Made by a program: the position numbers and the translations under genes
Assembly: GCA_963816145.1 (NCBI GenBank)
Contig: CAWFJP010000029.1
Coordinates: 1 to 64,000, forward strand
DNA from: an uncultured delta proteobacterium
GTDB taxonomy: Bacteria > Desulfobacterota > Binatia > UBA9968
Direction of reading: 5' to 3'
Length of the DNA: 64,000 bases
Part shown: positions 59,294 to 64,000 of the stretch, in pieces
Layout: each line of letters begins with the position of its first letter
How positions within the stretch are numbered: position 1 is the first letter of the stretch
Notes under the pieces: generated by a model
Database searches by the model: none
The model's input: only the letters and a program-made list of their open reading frames with translations
What the model was told of the DNA's origin: nothing

Positions 59294-60238
59294 CTAGGCG
59301 TAGAGTTTATCAATAAACCCGGTGTCGTCGATCTTGCGCAGATAGTGTAAATCCCAGGGCTCCATTGGTCCGATGTGATGCATCTTGGGATCTTTGCCGA
59401 CGTCGAGGTCGTAGACATTTTGGATTGCCGCGGGCAGCGGGTAGGGTTTCTTGTTCAACAGCTTGGCCCACTCGCGCTGCAGGTGCTCGTAGTATTCGTC
59501 CTCCTGCAGGCCGTAGCGCGCCGCGAGGTTTCTTTTCAGGATCGACACGACCTCTTGCGGCTTGGTCTTGAAAAAGTGCAAGGCTTCGATGAAGCCTTTA
59601 AGAAATGCGTCGACGGTTTCCGGGTTTTCCTTGATGTAATCGCTGGTCGCGAGCAGAGTGGTGTTGTGAATCACTGGACGGTCGGGCAGGGCGAGAATGT
59701 GCAAGCCCTTTTTGATCCCGTAGAGGTCGAAAGGCATATCGACCAGTGCGCCGACCGCTTTACCCGAGGTGATCTCGTCGACGAATTCTAAGAACTTGCC
59801 GGACGTGTCGTCGATCACGTCCATGTTGATTTCTTCCGGTTTCAGACCGCAATCTTGCAAGACTGCGCGCAGATTGCCCGATACGCAGGGGGCTTTGGAA
59901 TGGCAAACGATCTTTTTGCCCTTGAGGTCTTCGACGGTTTTGATTTCCGGCCGGACTACGAGGCGGTCGTCCCAGTTGTTCTGTGCCTGGGCGAGGTAGG
60001 TCAGGCGCTTTTCGCCCTTGGCTCGCTCCCGATAGGTTTCATGATGGAGTCCACTCAAAAAATCGATCTCGCCAGCGAGGGCGAGCTTGGCGCGGTGCGC
60101 CATGGTCGGTGCTTTGGCGCCGCCGACAATATGCAGGTCGATCTCGAAGCCGTATTTTTCCATGACCTTAGATTCTTTGAACACATAGAGAAAGGGGAGG
60201 TGGGACGAGTCGCTGGCCAATAGGTCTAACGTGCGCAT
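59294..60238 (-). CDS. NMT1/THI5-like SBP-fold protein without signal peptide
   Basis: GEIDF, VEDLKGK, IDDTGFIDKLY; AAGGAG RBS before MRTLDL. Confidence 0.8.
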   Translation of the reverse strand: MRTLDLLASDSSHLPFLYVFKESKVMEKYGFEIDLHIVGGAKAPTMAHRAKLALAGEIDFLSGLHHETYRERAKGEKRLTYLAQAQNNWDDRLVVRPEIKTVEDLKGKKIVCHSKAPCVSGNLRAVLQDCGLKPEEINMDVIDDTSGKFLEFVDEITSGKAVGALVDMPFDLYGIKKGLHILALPDRPVIHNTTLLATSDYIKENPETVDAFLKGFIEALHFFKTKPQEVVSILKRNLAARYGLQEDEYYEHLQREWAKLLNKKPYPLPAAIQNVYDLDVGKDPKMHHIGPMEPWDLHYLRKIDDTGFIDKLYA

Positions 60239-60533
60239 GAATTTCTCCTTAACCGGCTTGATAATCAATCAATATTGGTTTCGTTCAAAACGTTCAAGCC
60301 GTTCAACCGCTTTGCTCCGTTCAAACCGTTGGAAGACTTCCTACGATTCGAAAGGATTTGTTGGCATTCAAAAATTTCGATTACCGGCATTCCACACCTT
60401 TGCTTCCATCACTATTCGCTGATCGTCGGTCGTTCTTGCTGGGCCAGAAACAAGACCAAGGGCATCAGGGCGTGCGCTTCTTGGTCGCCGCGGACGATCG
60501 ATGTCCGCTTCGCGACTCGCATCTTTTGTGAAC

Positions 60534-61487
60534 CTAGATGCCCATCTCCCGCTGCACGTCACGCAGCAGGGTCATGTCATGGGCGATGCTCACCGGGATG
60601 TAGGTCTTTTTAGTCTGCTGTTGGATGAAACCCCATTCGATACTGAGGTCCTCGTCGGTGAGCAGCCCGTTCTTGCTGAAACCTGGCTTCGCCAATTCGA
60701 GCGAACGTAACGCGTCCTTTTCATTGGCCCGTGTCCAATCCATGAGAATCTTGATGGTCTCTTTTGGGTTGTTCTGCAACAGCTGAAAACTCCGGAGCGT
60801 GACGCGAATCACACGTTTGATGAGGTCGGGGTCTTTCTTGATCATATCTTCATGGACACCGAGGCCGGCGATCGGATGGGCGACGATCTCGGCGGTATTA
60901 CCGAGCAGGCGATAGCCGCGGTTCTCCATCTGCACGTTGGTCGGCAGCGGCATCAAGCTTCCCTGGGCGATATTTTTCTCCATCGCCGCCACTCGAGCCG
61001 GCGTCGCGCCCATGGCGAGCAGTTGGTACTCGCCTTTCTTCAAACCGAAGTGCTGCAAGTGTTTCTCCGTCAGAATCGCTTGGGTGTTGCCGAATGAACT
61101 GACGGCGAAGACTTTGCCTTTTAGATCGGCCGCAGTGTTGATCTCCGGGCGCGTGACCAAGGAAAAGAATGGCCGTGAATTGAGCGCGGCCACCAGTTTC
61201 GTTCCCAACCCTTGCATGGCGCCGTTGAGAACCGGTGATATATTTAACGAGAAATCGACATGGCCGTTGGCGAGCGCGACGGTGGCGACGTTACCGTTCA
61301 TCTGGATCAATTGCGGCTCCAGCCCTTCGCTGCGAAAGAAACCCTTGTCGATAGCGACTTTGACCGGAAACCAGGTCATGCTGATGGCCGAGTAGGAGAG
61401 CGTGACTTTGCGCGCGTCGGCGCACGCGGCGGGATCGGCTTGCACTAAGGTCAATCCAAGCACTGCCAGTGTGAAAAATCGTTTCAT
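60534..61487 (-). CDS. ABC substrate-binding protein, NMT1/SsuA-like
   Basis: Signal peptide; KGFFRSEGLE, ADLKGK. Confidence 0.85.
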   Translation of the reverse strand: MKRFFTLAVLGLTLVQADPAACADARKVTLSYSAISMTWFPVKVAIDKGFFRSEGLEPQLIQMNGNVATVALANGHVDFSLNISPVLNGAMQGLGTKLVAALNSRPFFSLVTRPEINTAADLKGKVFAVSSFGNTQAILTEKHLQHFGLKKGEYQLLAMGATPARVAAMEKNIAQGSLMPLPTNVQMENRGYRLLGNTAEIVAHPIAGLGVHEDMIKKDPDLIKRVIRVTLRSFQLLQNNPKETIKILMDWTRANEKDALRSLELAKPGFSKNGLLTDEDLSIEWGFIQQQTKKTYIPVSIAHDMTLLRDVQREMGI

Positions 61488-61523
61488 AGTTTTGTCTATG
61501 CGCGCGTATTGTCAGAATGTTTT

Positions 61524-61593
61524 CACCACGAAGATCACGAAGTTCGGAATTCTATTTGCCTGAAACCTTCGTGTCCTTCGTGTCTTCGTGGTG
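61524..61593. repeat. CACCACGAAG-type palindromic repeat
   Basis: caccacgaagatcacgaag...cttcgtgtccttcgtgtcttcgtggtg. Confidence 0.8.
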
Positions 61594-61603
61594 AGAACCG
61601 ACT

Positions 61604-62434
61604 TTACTTTTTCTGCGGGATTTCCAACGGCAGATCCGTGCGGTCGCCCCATTCCTTCCAGGAGCCGATGTAGTTGCGCACTTTCGGATATCCCAGCATT
61701 CGCAGGGCGATGTAGCCGTGCGCCGCGCGGTAGCCGCCTTGGCAGTAGGAGTAGACTTCTTTGTCCGGTGTGATGCCGGCTTTTTCGTACATCGTTTTCA
61801 AGTCTGCATTCGATTTGAACTTGCCGTCGGTATCGAGGTTGTCGGTCCATTCGATGTGGATCGAATGCGGGATCGCGCCACCCCGGGCGGCTCGTACCAG
61901 TGTGCCGAAATGTTCGCCGTCGCTGCGGGTGTCGAGGATGGCCGTGTCCTTTTTATCGAGGGAGCGCAAAACGTCGTTCGCTGTCGCGAGGACTTCGCGT
62001 CGTTCGGCGGTTTTGAACGACGCGGCTTTGGGCACTGTCGCCGCGCTCGTCACCGGCGCGCCGGCGGCCGTCCAGGCTTGCATGCCGCCGTCGAGCATTT
62101 TCACGTTCGGATGGCCGAAGTACTCCAAGAACCAAACGCCGCGCGCCGCGCGCATGCCGGAGTTATCTTCGTAGAAGACGATTTCCTTTGCCTCGCTGAC
62201 GCCGCGCAGTTCAAGCACATGGTGGATCATGAACATAAAGGATTTGAGCGGCGCGTCGCCGGTGTCGACCAGACTCAGGCCGAAGAGATCGAAATGAGTG
62301 GCGCCGGGAATATGCCCCTTGGCGTAGTCTTCCGCTGGTCGGGTGTCGATGACGCAGAGATTGGCGGAGCCGAGTTTGCTCTGTAGTTGAGCGACCGTGA
62401 TGAGCAACGTGTCGCGGGTGTATTGCTTTTCCAT
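61604..62434 (-). CDS. Two-domain rhodanese sulfurtransferase
   Basis: GHIPGA, LDGG, YCQGGYRA, NYIGSWKEW. Confidence 0.92.
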   Translation of the reverse strand: MEKQYTRDTLLITVAQLQSKLGSANLCVIDTRPAEDYAKGHIPGATHFDLFGLSLVDTGDAPLKSFMFMIHHVLELRGVSEAKEIVFYEDNSGMRAARGVWFLEYFGHPNVKMLDGGMQAWTAAGAPVTSAATVPKAASFKTAERREVLATANDVLRSLDKKDTAILDTRSDGEHFGTLVRAARGGAIPHSIHIEWTDNLDTDGKFKSNADLKTMYEKAGITPDKEVYSYCQGGYRAAHGYIALRMLGYPKVRNYIGSWKEWGDRTDLPLEIPQKK

Positions 62435-62458
62435 AGGCTCCCTATAACACTAGTCGAA

Positions 62459-63604
62459 ATGACACTGCAAATTATGCCGGCGCGAAAAAGTCTGCGACGA
62501 TTATCCTTGCTCACGCTCGGCCTGATCAGTTGCTGGCTAACGGCGGCAAGCTTCACCTATCAGCTTGCCTTGCCGGGGCGGAAACTGAGTTTCCCAGCCG
62601 ATCACTATTCCCATCCCGACTTCAAAACCGAATGGTGGTACTACACCGGCCATTTAGAATCAGAAAGCGGTAAACGCTACGGCTATCAGGTGACGTTCTT
62701 CCGCTTCGGCTTGCGCGAGCGACAGAACGAGTTAAAAAACGCGCCGCTCTTCAGCGAGCTTTATATGGCTCACTTCGCCCTGTCGGATCTGGTCGCGAAG
62801 AAATTTACCTTCCGTGAGCGCATCAATCGTGGCATCGCCGGCAAGGCCGGCGTGCGCGGCGACGGTGATAAAGCGGGCGCGGCGACGAATCGCATTTTGG
62901 TTTGGAACGAAGATTGGAAACTTATCGGCGATGATCGCAATCACGGGATCCAAGTGAATGATCGGGGCAGGCAGTTACGCGTGAACCTAAAATCTCTCAA
63001 AGCGCCGGTCCTCCATGGTCAAAATGGCTTGAGCCAGAAGGGCGAAGGCGAGGGGCGAGCGTCTTACTACTATTCTCTGACACGCATGCAAACCGAAGGC
63101 GAGTTGACCGTCAACGGCAAATCCGAGAAAGTCCGCGGCCTCACCTGGATGGACCACGAGTTCGGCAGCAATCAATTGCGTGAAGATCAAGTCGGCTGGG
63201 ATTGGTTCAGCATCCAGCTCGATAATCAAACCGAGTTGATGCTCTACCTCATGCGCCGCAAAGACGGCTCGGTCGATCCGTATTCCAGCGGCACACTCGT
63301 GGGTGCCGATGGGACGACAAAAAACTTATCGAACAAAGATTATCGGATCGACGTACTTGAACGCTGGAAGAGCCCGTCGAGCGGGGCGACTTACCCGATG
63401 AAGTGGAAAGTGACCGTCCCCTCGGAATCCATTGAGCTAGAGATTGTACCGGCATTTCCTGACCAAGAATTAATCACCAACCGCAGCACAAGAGTGACCT
63501 ATTGGGAGGGTGCGGTGCAGATTGGTGGAACTGCACGCGGCAAATCGGTTAGCGGCAACGGTTATGTCGAGTTGACGGGATATGCGGGAAAGTTGACGAT
63601 TTAA
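62459..63604 (+). CDS. CrtC/AttH-like lipocalin-fold secreted protein (carotenoid 1,2-hydratase family)
   Basis: FPADH..HP.F.TEWWY.TG, ASYYYS, WMDHEF, GWDWF, YWEG, GYVELTGY; start could be 62459 or 62474. Confidence 0.85.
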   Translation: MTLQIMPARKSLRRLSLLTLGLISCWLTAASFTYQLALPGRKLSFPADHYSHPDFKTEWWYYTGHLESESGKRYGYQVTFFRFGLRERQNELKNAPLFSELYMAHFALSDLVAKKFTFRERINRGIAGKAGVRGDGDKAGAATNRILVWNEDWKLIGDDRNHGIQVNDRGRQLRVNLKSLKAPVLHGQNGLSQKGEGEGRASYYYSLTRMQTEGELTVNGKSEKVRGLTWMDHEFGSNQLREDQVGWDWFSIQLDNQTELMLYLMRRKDGSVDPYSSGTLVGADGTTKNLSNKDYRIDVLERWKSPSSGATYPMKWKVTVPSESIELEIVPAFPDQELITNRSTRVTYWEGAVQIGGTARGKSVSGNGYVELTGYAGKLTI

Positions 63605-63610
63605 TCGCAG

Positions 63611-64000
63611 ATGAATCGCGCCGAAAAACTCGTCAGTACCGTAGCCCGGCGAGGCTTGCTCATTGCCGGCGACCGCATTCTAGTCGCCGTCTCCGGCGGA
63701 CCGGATTCGGTGGCGTTGCTGGATGTGTTGCATGAGTTGCGCGACGAGTTCGCGCTTCATCTGGAAGTGGCGCATTTGCAGCATGGGATTCGCGGGGACG
63801 AGGCCAGGGATGACGCGCGCTTTGTTGGCGGGCTGGCTGAAAAGCTCGGTCTTACCGTTCACCTCAAAGAAATCGACCTGCCGGAGCTTCGGGCTCGCGC
63901 CGGCAAAGGAAATATCGAGGCAATGGCGCGGCAGCAGCGCTATCGATTTTTCACCGACATCGCGCAACAGCGGGGGCTCAGCAAGATCGCGACGGCACAT
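63611..64000 (+). CDS. tilS: tRNA(Ile)-lysidine synthetase, 5' part (runs off the window)
   Basis: Manual translation ...ILVAVSGGPDSVALL...AHLQHGIRG...EAMARQQRY.FF...IATAH. Confidence 0.93.
   Translation, partial: MNRAEKLVSTVARRGLLIAGDRILVAVSGGPDSVALLDVLHELRDEFALHLEVAHLQHGIRGDEARDDARFVGGLAEKLGLTVHLKEIDLPELRARAGKGNIEAMARQQRYRFFTDIAQQRGLSKIATAH

Noticed and set aside
63680-64000. Minus-strand 106-aa ORF
   Set aside because: Antisense to tilS

Overview
A mostly GC-rich bacterial window. The expanded orphan ABC substrate-binding proteins, amidohydrolases, decarboxylase-like enzymes and intergenic REP/MITE families resemble Candidatus Binatia-type genomes (inference). Layout: (1) 1-2.5 kb, low-GC gene debris beside a Y1/RAYT-type transposase flanked by 22-bp inverted repeats, plus a truncated duplicate. 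(2) 2.6-31.7 kb, catabolic and transport genes: beta-carbonic anhydrase, FAD oxidase, SBPs, tam, two 4,5-dihydroxyphthalate-decarboxylase-like proteins, three amidohydrolases, TauD, asnB, Gfo/Idh/MocA, HicAB, a racemase/isomerase, UbiD, an ABC ATPase and two lipoprotein methyltransferases. (3) 31.7-44 kb, an accessory surface-protein locus: a disrupted wHTH-AAA-TPR regulator divergent from a DNRLRE-collagen protein, a large kelch/Ig-like protein and two exported proteins. (4) 44-53.8 kb, an IS3 remnant, TA modules and a decaying YCF48/RND/DUF1302/DUF1329 operon with IS200 upstream. (5) 53.9-64 kb, core-like genes ending in tilS. The most striking signal is the six 162-bp kelch repeats. They are nearly identical at DNA level except at a few codons that vary at positions 1-2 while keeping a fixed third-position pyrimidine, which suggests targeted diversification; no reverse transcriptase is present in the window. 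Nested mini-elements are also seen, including a CT-core IS110-like insertion into a REP. Several frameshifts may be assembly errors. All assignments come from motif recognition, not database searches.
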